A stretch of 64,000 bases of DNA, from positions 16,368,001-16,432,000 of the forward strand of contig NC_043020.1 of the NCBI RefSeq assembly GCF_006345805.1, in the 5' to 3' direction. Numbering within the stretch: position 1 is the stretch's first letter; the number at the start of each line of letters is the position of its first letter. Position numbers and translations under genes: made by a program. The notes under the pieces were generated by a model, which ran no database searches, was not told the DNA's origin, and saw only the letters and a program-made list of their open reading frames with translations. This DNA is from Octopus sinensis. Lineage: Eukaryota. Shown here piece by piece: positions 11,830 through 24,019 of the stretch.

Positions 11830-12050
11830 ATATATGTGTATGTCCCTTTGTGTCTGTGTTTGTCTCTCACCCCCATTTGACCACCAGTGTTGGTTTGTTT
11901 ATGTCCTTCTGTCTTGGCTGTTCAGCAAAAGAAATTGATAGAATAGTACCAGACTTTAAAAAAAAGTACTGTGGTCGACTCATTTGACTAAAAACTCTTC
12001 AAAGTGGTGCCCCAACATGGTCAAAGTCTAATGCCTAATAACAAGTAAAA
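11830..12050 (+). mobile_element. SINE family A 3' half
   Basis: tgtgtctgtgtttgtc...gtggtgccccaacatgg...acaagtaaaag. Confidence 0.75.
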
Positions 12051-12167
12051 GACTATATATATATATATAAATATATATATATTGTGTGAATGTAACACTC
12101 ACATACATATAAATAATATGGATGTGTATTTCTGTGTGTATGTGTGTGTATGTACATATATATATAT

Positions 12168-12200
<33 letters not shown>

Positions 12201-12350
12201 TTAGATGAATGTAGATAGATACATATATGTATATATATATGATATATGTATGTGTGTGTGAGCAGGATATATATATAATACGTGTGCTTGTGTGTGTGTG
12301 TGTGTACACATGCATGCGTATACGTGTATCTTTGTATCTTTATATCTATA

Positions 12351-12366
12351 TATGTGTGTGTGTCTA

Positions 12367-12397
<31 letters not shown>

Positions 12398-12627
12398 AAT
12401 TCTGCTCTCGGATATATATATACACACACACATACATAAATAGATAAATAGACAGATCATCATCATCATCATCATCATCATCGTTTAGAAAACGGACGCT
12501 AAACGATGATGATGATGATGATGATGATCTGTCTATTTATCTATTTATGTATGTGTGTGTGTATATATATATCCGAGAGCAGAATTACACACACACACAC
12601 ACACACATAGACACACACACACACATA

Positions 12628-12630
<3 letters not shown>
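12351..12630. repeat. Foldback inverted repeat (~135-bp arms, 10-bp spacer)
   Basis: The left arm ends ...catcgtttag (12488), the spacer is aaaacggacg, and the right arm starts ctaaacgatg (12499). The arms include the unique segment tctgctctcggatat / atatccgagagcaga. Confidence 0.9.
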
Positions 12631-12666
<36 letters not shown>

Positions 12667-13200
12667 AATAGAGAGAGAGAGAGAAGAAAGGGAGACAGAG
12701 AAAGAGAGAGAGACAGAAAGAGACAGAGAAAGGGAGGGAGAGTGCCTGCTTGGACAAGGTGGGAATTCTCGAAGGTTGCAGTTCTAAGGAGGAAGATTAT
12801 TGGGAGAAAAAAAAAAGGCATATTGAGGGGTCAGAGAGATAAGACACAGCAGGGATGATAGGAAAAATTGGTTTGCTTTTAATCTAACTTTATTAAAAAC
12901 ATGACTGCTGTCTGTTCAATAAATGTGCTTTTATTAAGAATTTTTCATATTTTCCTTGTTAGTTCTTTATGGATTGTTTGGAACAATAAATTTTCCCAAG
13001 CTTCATGAACATTTCAAGACCTTCATGATCTTATTTTCAGGATAAATTGAGTTTAGTGCTGGGCTGTTTTTCTAGTTATTAACGCTGGTTTTTATTCTAA
13101 GGTAAGAAGATTCATGAGAATTCTCATGTGATTGTTCGTCCTTTGTCCTTTATATCTAGCATCTGTGACATGAATTCCTTTAATAATTGGTTATATTATT

Positions 13201-13247
<47 letters not shown>

Positions 13248-13305
13248 GGGTGTGTGTGTATATATATATGCATGTATGTATGTATGTATGTATATATGTA
13301 TGTAT

Positions 13306-13362
13306 GTATCATTGTCATCTTCATCCTCATCATCACATTCACCATCATCGTCATTGTCGTCG

Positions 13363-13402
<40 letters not shown>

Positions 13403-13515
13403 AATCATCATCATCATCATCATCCTCATCATCACATTCACCATCATCGTCATTGTCGTTATCATCATCATCATCATCCTCATCATCACATTCACCATCA
13501 TCGTTATTGTCGTCG

Positions 13516-13564
<49 letters not shown>

Positions 13565-13652
13565 AATCATCATCATCATCATCCTCATCATCACATTCAC
13601 CATCATCGTCATTGTTGCTATCATCAACATCGCCATCATCATCATCATCATT

Positions 13653-13728
<76 letters not shown>

Positions 13729-13740
13729 CCATTATCATCC

Positions 13741-13784
<44 letters not shown>

Positions 13785-13804
13785 TCATCATCACCATTAT
13801 CATC

Positions 13805-13858
<54 letters not shown>

Positions 13859-13875
13859 CCATCATCATCATCATC
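13306..13875. repeat. ~570-bp (CAT)n microsatellite with a higher-order cassette
   Basis: cctcatcatcacattcaccatcatcgt(c/t)attgt recurs at 13325, 13424, 13478 and 13583. Confidence 0.95.
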
Positions 13876-14100
13876 GTTTTTACATCCACTCTTCCATCCT
13901 TGCATGAGTTAGAGGGAGATTTTATCGACGTGGATTTTCTACAGCTGGATGCTCTTCCTGTCACCAACCCTCACCTGCTTACAAATAAGGTAATATTTCC
14001 TCATGACCAGATATGGTCTCATGGAAAATGAATGAACGACACCGCCTGCACTATGGTAACATTCATTTACAACTATCATGGAATCTCAAGGCAAAGACAC
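13866..14100 (-). mobile_element. SINE-like family H (E-related tail)
   Basis: Similar to 60325-60545 (ttcatttacaactatca...caaagacac). Confidence 0.6.
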
Positions 14101-14159
14101 AGTAACACATACACACACAAAAAACACACACACACTCACAACACACATGAGTACACGCA

Positions 14160-14325
14160 TGCACACACACACACTTACAAATTTACACGCATGCTTCTTT
14201 CAGTTTCCATCTACCAAATCCACTCACAAGGCTTTGGTCGGCCCGAGGCTATAGTAGAAGACACTTGTCCAAGGTGCCACGCATTCCCACCTTGTCCAAG
14301 CATGCACTCTCCCTCCCTTTCTCTG

Positions 14326-14363
<38 letters not shown>

Positions 14364-14413
14364 CCTTTCTTCTCTCTCTCTCTCTGTCTCCCTTTCTTCT
14401 CTCTCTCTCTATT

Positions 14414-14451
<38 letters not shown>

Positions 14452-14455
14452 TGTG

Positions 14456-14501
<46 letters not shown>

Positions 14502-14610
14502 TATGTGTGTGTGTGTGGGTGTGTGTAATTCTGCTCTTGGATATATATATACACACACACATGGAACCATGTGGCTTGTAAGCAAGCTACTTACCACACA
14601 GCCACTCCTA
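14160..14610 (-). mobile_element. SINE family A 5' half carrying a 280-bp inverted templated insertion (14283-14562)
   Basis: The consensus ...aaggtgccacgca|...|ggaaccatgtgg is split by the reverse complement of 12551-12766. Confidence 0.85.
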
Positions 14611-14619
14611 CGCCACTCC

Positions 14620-14945
14620 TACTGACCCTGAAAGGATAAAATCCGACCTTGGGAGACTTTGAACTCAGATGAAATGCTGCTTAGCATTTTGCCCAGCATG
14701 TTAACAGTTCTGCAAGCTCACCACCCTGAGAATAATTGGTTTCAAATTTTGGCACAAGGCCAGCAATCTCGAAAGAGAGGGTAAATTGATTACATTGACT
14801 CCAGGGCTCAACTGGTGCTTATTTTACTGACCCCCAAAAGAATAGAAGGCAAAGTCAATCTTGGGAGAATTTGAACTCAGAACATAAGGATTGATGAAGC
14901 ATTTTGCCCAGTACGCTAACAATTCTATCAGCTTGTCATCTTAGA
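14620..14945 (-). mobile_element. Two decayed SINE family B copies (Meta-like domain)
   Basis: Reverse complements of gactttgcctttcatcctttcggggtc and of the gagttcaaat B-box. Confidence 0.65.
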
Positions 14946-16919
14946 TCCCTGTATAATTTAGCAAGTACTTTATCAGCATACAGTGCTAATAAAGTGGAAT
15001 GTGGAATCTCGTTATTGTTTCTCAGCCCACCTGTGGGCCTAGAAACAATAATAGGATTCCGCATTCAGTTAGAGTTTTACATTTTTTTTTTTTCCTTTCC
15101 AGGAAATTCCATGATACTTTATCACCAGAATCCAGAATCCCTAGAAGTCATCATCAGTAATCTTTAGCTGGTTGGCAAGTCAGCCAGCTGGCTGGCTGGG
15201 TGAAATAGCAGATCATATTTTGTTTCTGCTACTTTATTCTACCAATACTAACAAGGAAATATCACAGATTTACTGCACTAACAACAGCAAAAATAAATAA
15301 ATAAATATATATATATATATATAAAAGAAAGGCATAAAAAAATTGCATCATTAAAGCTTCCTTTTTACCATTTAAGATGCCTCAAAGATGTCATAATATA
15401 TTTTTCAATCCACAATCTCAACTTAAATTTCTTGCCCGTAGCATAAAACATAGAATCTTCCTTACAGCATCTTGCAAAGAATATGAATTTATATTGGGTT
15501 GTTATAGAAATTTGTTTATTTCCTTTCCTATGTTATTTGAATTAATATGAAAAATATGTTTATTGTAGTGTTTTATGGTGAAGTGGGATATGGTTCTACA
15601 TTTCCTCGGCAACTTTTGTTTGTTTATCATTTTTGAAATTTGAATAAATTTTACCTCTTGTCAGGGATATGACAGTAGAGTGCCAAGTAGGAAAGAAAGC
15701 GAACGTTTTACACACCTGTCTCTTTTCTTATCATTCAATCAAGGGTCCAAAATTGTTAAAGATATTTTAGACATATGTGCTGCATATTGAGAAGGCACTA
15801 TTGTCCACATTAGTGGATAAACACTTTCCCCTTATGAAGAAGCTCTGTAAAACTTTGTATACGAGTTTCCGTTAGCTGAGCACCAAGTGGAAAGAACATA
15901 TTAGTTGGTGGGCCCACATCTGAGACAGAGACAGAATGCCCTTTAATGGCTACTGTAACATAGAAACAGTGATATATGAGGCAGAGTTGACTTGAAAGGG
16001 CTCCAATGGACAGCTAATCTTATGGATGTAAATGGACACAACAGAAGGTCCATACAGGATCAGATTCAATAAGCCCTGTTTCAATATTCAGAAGAGACAT
16101 TACGTCACAACCCTGTGTGGCTGTGAAAGGAAAGTGCTATGGCATACAACACCAAGTGGAGAATTTTACACAAGTGTAAGCTTTATTTTAATAGCAACAA
16201 AAAAATGCAAATTATGTTTAACCAAGAAAAGCATCATATTAAAAATTCTCAGCACCTGGATATCTATCTAAACTGTAGGAATATTTAGCTCTTGCCCAAA
16301 TGAGAGAAAGTATTTATTATCTTATCTGCATGCCCACCATGACTGCAAACTCTAGGGTTTCCACTTTTGGCCTTCACACCATCATATTCTGAAAACCCAG
16401 TACAGCATTTACCCAAAATATACACATAGGTTTAAATGTTCAGGCACCAGCCCAAAAGTGCCATACCCACAAACCCCTACATATGTAGCAACCCTACTCA
16501 AATACCAACCCACAATCCTTCCCACCACTACCACTACATATATTTTCACAAGACCCCTGTTACCTTACAGTATTTCAGATGCTCATTTCATCTCCTGTGA
16601 CTTCATTTCATGTTCCACAATTTCGTTTCGCTTCTCATGATAGCATTTCACCTTTTTTTTTCAAATCTCACACAAACTGGATGAAACATTTTTCACCTCC
16701 AGTAACAGAGAACAGGAACCATATTTTTGCCATAACTGACATCTCTGAAGAGCATGTGGTATTATTTAACTGTGCTGTTAACTAATATCCAGTTATCTAA
16801 TATCTGGTGAAAAAACAATTGGTAATGTCGGCTGAAATGGATCTGTAATACTGTGTACTTTGATTAATATACCCATATATTATATATGTGTGTATAAATA
16901 CATGACAATGATAATGTAA

Positions 16920-17095
16920 TAGTTACAAAACTGGGGACTGAAAACAGAAACAACCCCTATTGTAAATAATTAGATTATCTTGGGAATGATTAAGAGAAAA
17001 CAGTTGCTGACAAGTACATAATGGGAACCTGAGGACACACAAATATGCTCCACATACAGGAAATAGCACTGCAAGGCACTGTGCACGTATTGTTG
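16920..17095 (+). mobile_element. Dong/R4-type (RLE) LINE C-terminal relic
   Basis: Decayed coding for W.LKTETTPIV..LGMIK...HIQEIALQGTVHVL. Confidence 0.55.
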
Positions 17096-17454
17096 TTTGG
17101 AATATTATCAATACAATGGAAAATACACAACCAAAACAAAACACTGCATTTATTCAAGGTGTACTGCACTGCACTCATTAGCATAGTGAAAGCCTGCAAT
17201 GAAAATAAGACTATAGAACAGATATAACATTAAAAACAATAAAAATAACAACAATAATAATAATAATGATGATGATGATAATAATAATAACAATAATAAT
17301 AATAATAATAAAAATAATAATGATAATAATAATAATACAACCGAAATTGGAATCAGAATGCAATGCTTGAAGAAATGTCGCTAAGCATTTTGTCCAGTGT
17401 GCTAAGAAATCTATCATTTTGCCACCGAATAATAATAATAATAATAATAATGGT

Positions 17455-17650
17455 ATCGAAGTTTGGCGCAAGACTGGCAATTTTGGAGGAGGGGGCAAGT
17501 CAGTTACATCAACCTCAGCACTAAACTGGTCTTTATCGACCCCAAAAGAATGAAAGACCAAGTCATCCTCAGTGGAATTTGAACTTAGAATGTAAAGACA
17601 GATGAAATGCCGCTAAGCATTTTGCCCAATGTACTAACAGTTCTGCCTAC
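17455..17650 (-). mobile_element. Decayed SINE family B
   Basis: Family B consensus in reverse complement; flanked by ~100-bp direct repeats (17335-17432, 17688-17790). Confidence 0.6.
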
Positions 17651-17824
17651 TCGCCACCCTCCTCCTAATAATAATATAATAATAATATTACAACAGAAAT
17701 TGGAATCAGAATGCAAAGCTGGAAGAAATGTCGCTAAGCATTTTATTTTGTCCAGTGTACTAAGAAGTTTATCATTTTGCCACCGAATGATAATAATAAT
17801 AATGATAATAATAATAATAATAAT

Positions 17825-18285
17825 GCCCTGATGCAGTACCAGGCAGTAGCTCTTGTTAGCTTCTGATCTTAACTGATTGGAAGTGTTATCATGTACATTG
17901 TTTTGCCTTGGTATAAAAGTTGGGCTACAGCAAATATTCTGTTCAATACCACAGATTTGCTTGTCAGTTGTTTGACCTTACCCAGTTGAGCATGTCCCTT
18001 AGTGGCTGATGATATGAGCATCTCTGATCATGAGCAGAAGTAGTGGGGGAGCATCATAGCCGTGTGTTGAAAGGAATTCTTGGAGGTTTGGATAATTCCC
18101 CTTTGGAAACACGGATGGTTCGTTCAACATCCTTAAACAATTCTTATTTTGATTGGTATGAATTACTCAACAAGAAGAAAATTCTAGCTGGGCCCCACCT
18201 GCAAGGTCATGTGCTGTTTATCTTGATATGAGATCACCATGTTGCGCACATATGGTTGTGATGCATGTGCCTGGAGTACCCCCCC
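17825..18285 (-). mobile_element. Interspersed repeat, probable SINE with (TTA)n tail (family J)
   Basis: GC-richer block abutting a (TAA)n tract; recalled as a common octopus repeat, not verified. Confidence 0.45.
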
Positions 18286-18306
18286 CCCAAAAAAAAAGGA
18301 AAAAAA

Positions 18307-18650
18307 ATGTGGCATCTCAAGGTGACTACAGTACCAGTGATTGTAGGATCTCTAGGAATGATAAAAAAAGGTCTGAAACCTATTTGAAAATGATTCCAGG
18401 CTTACCATCCCTACAGGAAGTGCAAAAAAATTGTATTGACTGGAACGGCTCATGTAATGAGAAGAGCATTATCGCTGTGAAAATAACATCCATTCATGAA
18501 TTTATTTATTCATTAATTTTTTAAATACATATTTTACCCATGAATTTGCATGTGTAATCTGGGAATGCATACAATGAGCTTCTCTGCCCTAGGTGTACGG
18601 AAAACACTCTGCGAGAAACGGAAGAAAATTTGAAGAAAGAAGGAAAAAAC

Positions 18651-18687
<37 letters not shown>

Positions 18688-18690
18688 TAA
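18307..18690 (+). mobile_element. Dong/R4-type (RLE) LINE 3' end with 3' UTR and (TAA)n tail
   Basis: Frameshifted translation MWHLKVTTVPVIVGSLGMIKK..YLKMIPGLPSLQEVQKIVLTGTAHVMRRALSL*, followed by a (TAA)n tail at 18650-18690. Confidence 0.8.
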
Positions 18691-18989
18691 TAGCACCTTT
18701 TCCACCACCATACCAGGGATACAACAAAGTCAGGGGACTGCAGCATGGTGGACTGTAAAGAAGTAGCAGAAGAGTTCAACTGAGCCATCAGTGCTGAGAG
18801 GAGGAATCCTAGAAGATCAATGGTTGAGATCACCAATCTTAAGAGAGTAACTGCAATACATCCATAGGGGTGGCATCCATGGTTGAGTAATCAGCTAATG
18901 AAAAATTCACTATGACTTAAGCTCCCAATTCAAATTCATAATAATGGAATCGGATGGTGACAGAGAGTCATGGGAATCCGAAAAAAAGA

Positions 18990-19520
18990 AGCATGACCAA
19001 AGAAAAAGTTAGAGTGCTGGAATAATGAATTGGATGAAAAATGAAATAGAGGTATTTGACTGGAAAATGAGATAATCCCTAACTATGCTTAGAGCACTTT
19101 ATCCAAAGGCAAATATTAGTTGTTTATAAGGGAAACAGAATATAGGAAGGAGAAGTATTATTAGAATTTCTGATTGTTTGAATGAAGAAAAAAATGGCTA
19201 GTAAAACAAAACCTTACAAAGAATAAAAATCTGTTGAAACATTTTGAAGTAGAACTACGACTTACTTGTGCTGAACTCGAAGAGAAGAAAGCTTAAGAAA
19301 GCAGGATAGTTTGTGAAAGAATGGAAGCACTAGAAGAAATGAAGTTAGATGGATAGTTCCACAGAAATACAAGAATATGAAAAATTAAAACTTGTTGTGA
19401 GATTGGCTTCGGGGTAGAGAGTTAAAGAAAGAAAGAGTATGTTCGTAGCTGTCCAAGATCATGCTCTGAACACTTGTTCAACTAATTCCCTGAGCAAGGG
19501 TTTTTATTCAACCACTTCAA
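18990..19520 (+). mobile_element. Dong/R4-type LINE RT-to-linker relic
   Basis: Decayed FDWKMR.SLTMLRALYPKA (cf. LDRKTRK.LTM..ALHPK) and WLRGRELKKE..MFVAVQDHALNT (cf. LK.ETEG.I.AAQDQAL.T). Confidence 0.65.
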
Positions 19521-19667
19521 CAGACAAGTACTATGTAATCAGCAAGGGGAACATATTGAGCATACCATAATAGACTTCAAAATGTTATTAACTCTGAAAG
19601 AATACAAGTTATAATACGGTTTGCCTCAAAATAGACTTGTAATTTTGTAAAAATATATACACCGTAA

Positions 19668-19858
19668 GTGCAGGTATGGCTAGGTGGTAAGAATTTTGGT
19701 TCCTAACCACATGGTTCTGGGTTCAGTTCCACTGAGTGGTACCTTGGGCAAGTGTCTTCTTCTATAGCCCTGGGCTGACCAAAGCTTTGTGAGTGGATTA
19801 GGTTAACAGAAATTGAAAGAAGCCCATCATGTATATGTATTTGTGTGTGTGAGTGTGT

Positions 19859-19951
<93 letters not shown>

Positions 19952-20115
19952 TTTGTTTCTGTGTTTTCCTCCACCACTGCTTGACAACTGGTACCCATAC
20001 CTTAGCAGTTCAGCAAACCAGACCAATACAATAAATACCAGGCATAAAAAGAAAATTTGTACTGGGGTACATTCATCCAACTAAAAATTATTCAAGGTGG
20101 TGAAACAAGTAAAAG
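19668..20115 (+). mobile_element. SINE family A
   Basis: Head, expanded (GT)n and truncated tail. Confidence 0.85.
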
Positions 20116-20351
20116 AAAAGGCACAACACTTCAGACAAGTGATACAATTGTGCAGCAGAAAAGACTCTTCATACATAAACTTCATCCATCTCCAGTGCCA
20201 AGACACTAGATCACGTAATTTCAACCTTCCTTGGTCTCATCAGCGATGGATTCTCTACTGTTAAAGATAACGGTGATTCATCTTCCCAACAGATGTATAT
20301 AGAAAAGCAGTGCCAAAACAGGCACTGGTGTTGTGATTATCAGGTGAACTA

Positions 20352-20735
20352 TCATCATCATTATCATCGTTTAACATCCACTTTCCATGCTAGCATGGGT
20401 TGGACGATTTGACTGAGGTCTGGCGAACCAGATGGCTGCACCAGACTTCAATCTGATCTGGCAGAGTTTCTACAGCTGGATGCCCTTCCTAACGCCAACC
20501 ACTCCAAGAGTGTAGTGGGTGCTTTTACGTACCACCAGCACGAGGGCCAGTCAGGCAGTACTGGCAACAGCCATGCTCAGATGGTGCTTTTTATGTGCCA
20601 CCTGCACAGGAGCCAGTCCAGCAGCACTAGCAATGACCTCACTCGAATGTTTTTTCATGTGCCACCAGCACAAGTGCCAGTAAGGCCACACAGGTAATGA
20701 TCACGCTCGAATGGTGTTTTTTATGTTTTTTACTA
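20352..20735 (-). mobile_element. Family E element
   Basis: Consensus tail plus internal units. Confidence 0.85.
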
Positions 20736-20789
20736 ATTAAGAAAATATATATTAGCAACAGAGGTAGTATTAATAACAACAGGTAATAT

Positions 20790-21410
20790 TTATCCCCACT
20801 TAAATGTAGATGTTCTTTTCTACTCTAGGCACAAGGCCTGAAAGTTTTGGAGAGAGGGCCTGTCGATTAGATTGACCCCAGTACATCACTAGTACTTAAT
20901 TTATCTACCTCGAAAGGGTGAGAGACAAAGTCGACCTTGGCAGAATTTGAACTCAGAACATAAAAACAGACGAAATACCACTAAGCATTTCAGAAACCTG
21001 GACATTATCAAAGAAGCTTGAGAGGTGGTTGGATGGAACCTACACTCCTTATGAGAGCTCAAAATCTCCCGTGGAAGCGTCATCCAACCAAAATGCAAAT
21101 ATATGGGAAACTACCACCTGTGTCATCTCTTGTGAAAGGTAGGAGAGTCCAGTTTGCTGGACATTGTTGTAGAGCTGAAAACGAGGCAATTTCTACTCTT
21201 CTCCTCTGGAAGCCATCTACTCGCAATACCAGAGGGTGCACACTCTCCTACCCTGATGTAATCTCCAGGGATACAGGCATCCAGCAATAGGACCTCCGTA
21301 ATGCTATGATGGACCGTGAAGTCTGATGTGGCATGGTAAATTCCATTGTCTCGACCACGGTCGAACAATGATGATGATGGTGATGTGCTAACGTTTCTAC
21401 CAGCTAGCTG
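20790..21410 (-). mobile_element. SINE family B split by an RTE insertion
   Basis: ...gacgaaataccactaagcattt| RTE |tgctaacgtttctaccagctagctgcc reconstitutes the family B head. Confidence 0.75.
20990..21385 (+). mobile_element. RTE LINE (family RTE-1) 3' fragment
   Basis: Encodes LLMRAQNLPWKRHPTKMQIYGKLPPVSSLVKGRRVQFAGHC; tail gtctcgaccacggtcgaacaa(TGA)n. Confidence 0.9.
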
Positions 21411-21453
21411 CCTTATAAATATGGATGTTCTGTTCGAACACACTATACAGTGG

Positions 21454-21943
21454 TCATCATCATTGTTTGACCGTGGTCGAGACAATGGAATTTACCATGC
21501 TACGCCAGACTTCACGGTCCATCATGGCATTACGGAGGTCCTGTTGCTGGATGCCTGTATCCCTGGAGATTACATCAGGGTAGGAGAGTGTGTGCCCTCT
21601 GGTATTGCGAGTAGGTGGCTTCCAGAGGAGAAGAGTAGAAATTACTTCTTTTTCAGCTCTACAACAATGTCCAGCAAACTGGACTCTCCTACCTTTCACA
21701 AGAGATGACACAGGTGGTAGTTTCCCATATATTTGCGTTTTGGTTGGATGGCACTTCCACGAGAGATTTTGAGCTCTCATAAGGAGGCGAGTGTAGGTTC
21801 CATCCAACCGCCTCTCCAGCTTCTTTGATAACGTCCAGGTTTCTGAGCCATATAGTAGAATTGGTTCGACTGTGGCTTTGAATATTTCAAGTTTGAAGTC
21901 TCTACTTAGATTTGATGACCAGATCTTATGCATGTCATTACAG
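21454..21943 (-). mobile_element. RTE LINE (family RTE-1) 3' fragment with an open C-terminal ORF (21460-21933)
   Basis: ATVEPILLYGSETWTLSKK...RRVQFAGHC...AMMDREVWR are RTE RT thumb/C-terminal motifs. Confidence 0.9.
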
Positions 21944-22319
21944 TGGTAGTTACCATGAGAAAAACTCTCCTATTTGTCAAAGTAACTAGCTTAAAAACAT
22001 ATAAACTGATTTATTCATCTAAAAATGATTCGAGTCTGCCCCAGCATGGCTGCAGTCTAATGACCGAAACAAGTGAAAGATGAAAGAAAGATGGATTTTT
22101 CTGTTTAGTAGTATATTGTTCCACTGGTCATTGGGGTTGTAGTTAAAGGCTGATTGTGGCAGTAAAGTCACAGTGCTGAATGCAAGACTCCAATGCTTTT
22201 GTGATTGTTGGAATACTGACCTTATAAACGAGTAGAAATCTTTATAATCTTGATAACCTTTATATAACTGTAAATTACAATTGCTAGTCTTTGTTCAAGC
22301 ATATATTTAAAGATTTTTG

Positions 22320-22685
22320 AGACATGTGCATGTGTGTGTGTGAGTGTGTGTGTGTGTGTTTGTGTGTATGTGTGTGTGTATGTGTGTGCGTGTGCGTGTA
22401 TGTGTGTGCATGTGTGTGTGTATTTGTGTGTATGTGTGTGTGTATGTGTGTGCGTGTGCGTGTATGTGTGTGCATGTGTGTGTGTGAGTGTGAGTGTGTA
22501 TGTGTTTGTGTGTGTGTGTGTGCATGTGAGTGTGTGTGTGCATGCATGTGTGTGTATGTGTTTGTGTGTGTGTGTATGTGTGTGTGTTTGTGTGTGTGTG
22601 CAGGTGTTTGCGTGTGTGTGTGCATGTGTTTGTGTGTGTGTATGTGTTTATGTGTGCGTGAGTGTGTGTGTGTGTGTGTGTGCCC
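22320..22685. repeat. Imperfect (GT)n tract
   Basis: Directly visible. Confidence 0.95.
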
Positions 22686-22754
22686 ATCTTTCTCTTACAT
22701 TGAACTGAAGCCAACATTTGTAACCTTCAATTGTGAAATATTGTCAATAGAGCT

Positions 22755-23225
22755 GCAGGCGTGGTTGTGTGGTAAGAACCACATGGTTCTGGCCCAGTGC
22801 ATAGCATCTTTGAAAAAATATCTTCCACTATAGCCCCAGGTCATCCAAAGCCTTGTGAGTGGATTTGGTAGAAGGAAAAAATTAAAGAAGCCCACCATAT
22901 GCATGTGTGTGTGTGTCTGTGTTTGTGTTGGTGTGTGTATGTGAATGTTTTCACATTTGTGTTTGCCCCCTGCCATTGCTTGACACCTGGTGTTGGTTTG
23001 TTTACATCCTTCTGACATAGTGGTTCAGTAAAAATTTGAATAAAAGCATAAAATAAAGTACAAAAATGCATGTAAAAATTATTTTCAACTTTGCCTTCAG
23101 TGAATCTATCTCAGTATTTCCTGACCTGTAGAGGCTCATAAGAATTGCATGCAGCACACTGATAAAATAAGTAACCAATTACAGAAAAAAAACTACTGGT
23201 GGTGGTCAATTCATTTGACAAAATC
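22755..23225 (+). mobile_element. SINE family A with a ~125-bp templated insertion (23035-23157)
   Basis: The consensus tagtggttcagtaaaa|...|actgataaaataagt is interrupted by sequence resembling 24247-24393. Confidence 0.7.
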
Positions 23226-23953
23226 CTGGCGTCCTGTCCAGGTGGGGAATTTCTATGCCACTGAAACCGGGAAACTGGTCCTTATGAGCCTGGCATGGCT
23301 CGAGAAGGAACATTTATTTATAACAACACAACATGGATAAGAAAAAGAATTTATGGTGGTAATGATGGATGATGGTGGTGGTGGTGGTGGTGGTGATGTC
23401 CTTGGTGTTGGTGGTGGTGGTGGTGGCAGCGGTGACAGTGGTGGTGGTGGTGGCGGTGGTGGTGGTAGGGGTGGTGGCAGTAACAATGGCATTAACAGTG
23501 GTAGTGGCAGTAGTGGAAGTAGTGATTACAACAGTGATGATGATGATGATGATTAATGATAATTTAAAAACATTTATTCTTTTGTCTTAATACTGAATAT
23601 TTTCCTATTCTTGCTCTTTCTACCAAAAAAAAAAAAAACAACTAACAAAAGTTTTAAAAATGATAAAAAAGAAAATCCTTTTAACTTGTTTTTTTTTATA
23701 ACCAAGTTTCATTGTGAAAGTTTCCAGCATATTTACCATTTATTGGCATAGCACCTCCCTTATGTTACCGAATATCATAAAAGATACAGGTTTGTAGCTT
23801 TGCTTTTTCTGTTCATTGATTATTTTTTTTTATTTTCATTAATTTTAATTTTTTTATATATTTATATATGAATGTGTGCATGTGTATTTGTGAATGTAGT
23901 ATGTATGTATATGTACATGAATATATACATGCTCAAATATGTGTATGTTTATA

Positions 23954-24019
<66 letters not shown>

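Noticed and set aside
13128-14031. Long poly-His / poly-Ile / poly-Met / poly-Ser ORFs
   Set aside because: Pure translation of a (CAT)n microsatellite; no splice or domain context.
23353-23556. Glycine-rich protein ORF
   Set aside because: (GGT)n/(GAT)n microsatellite adjacent to a SINE.
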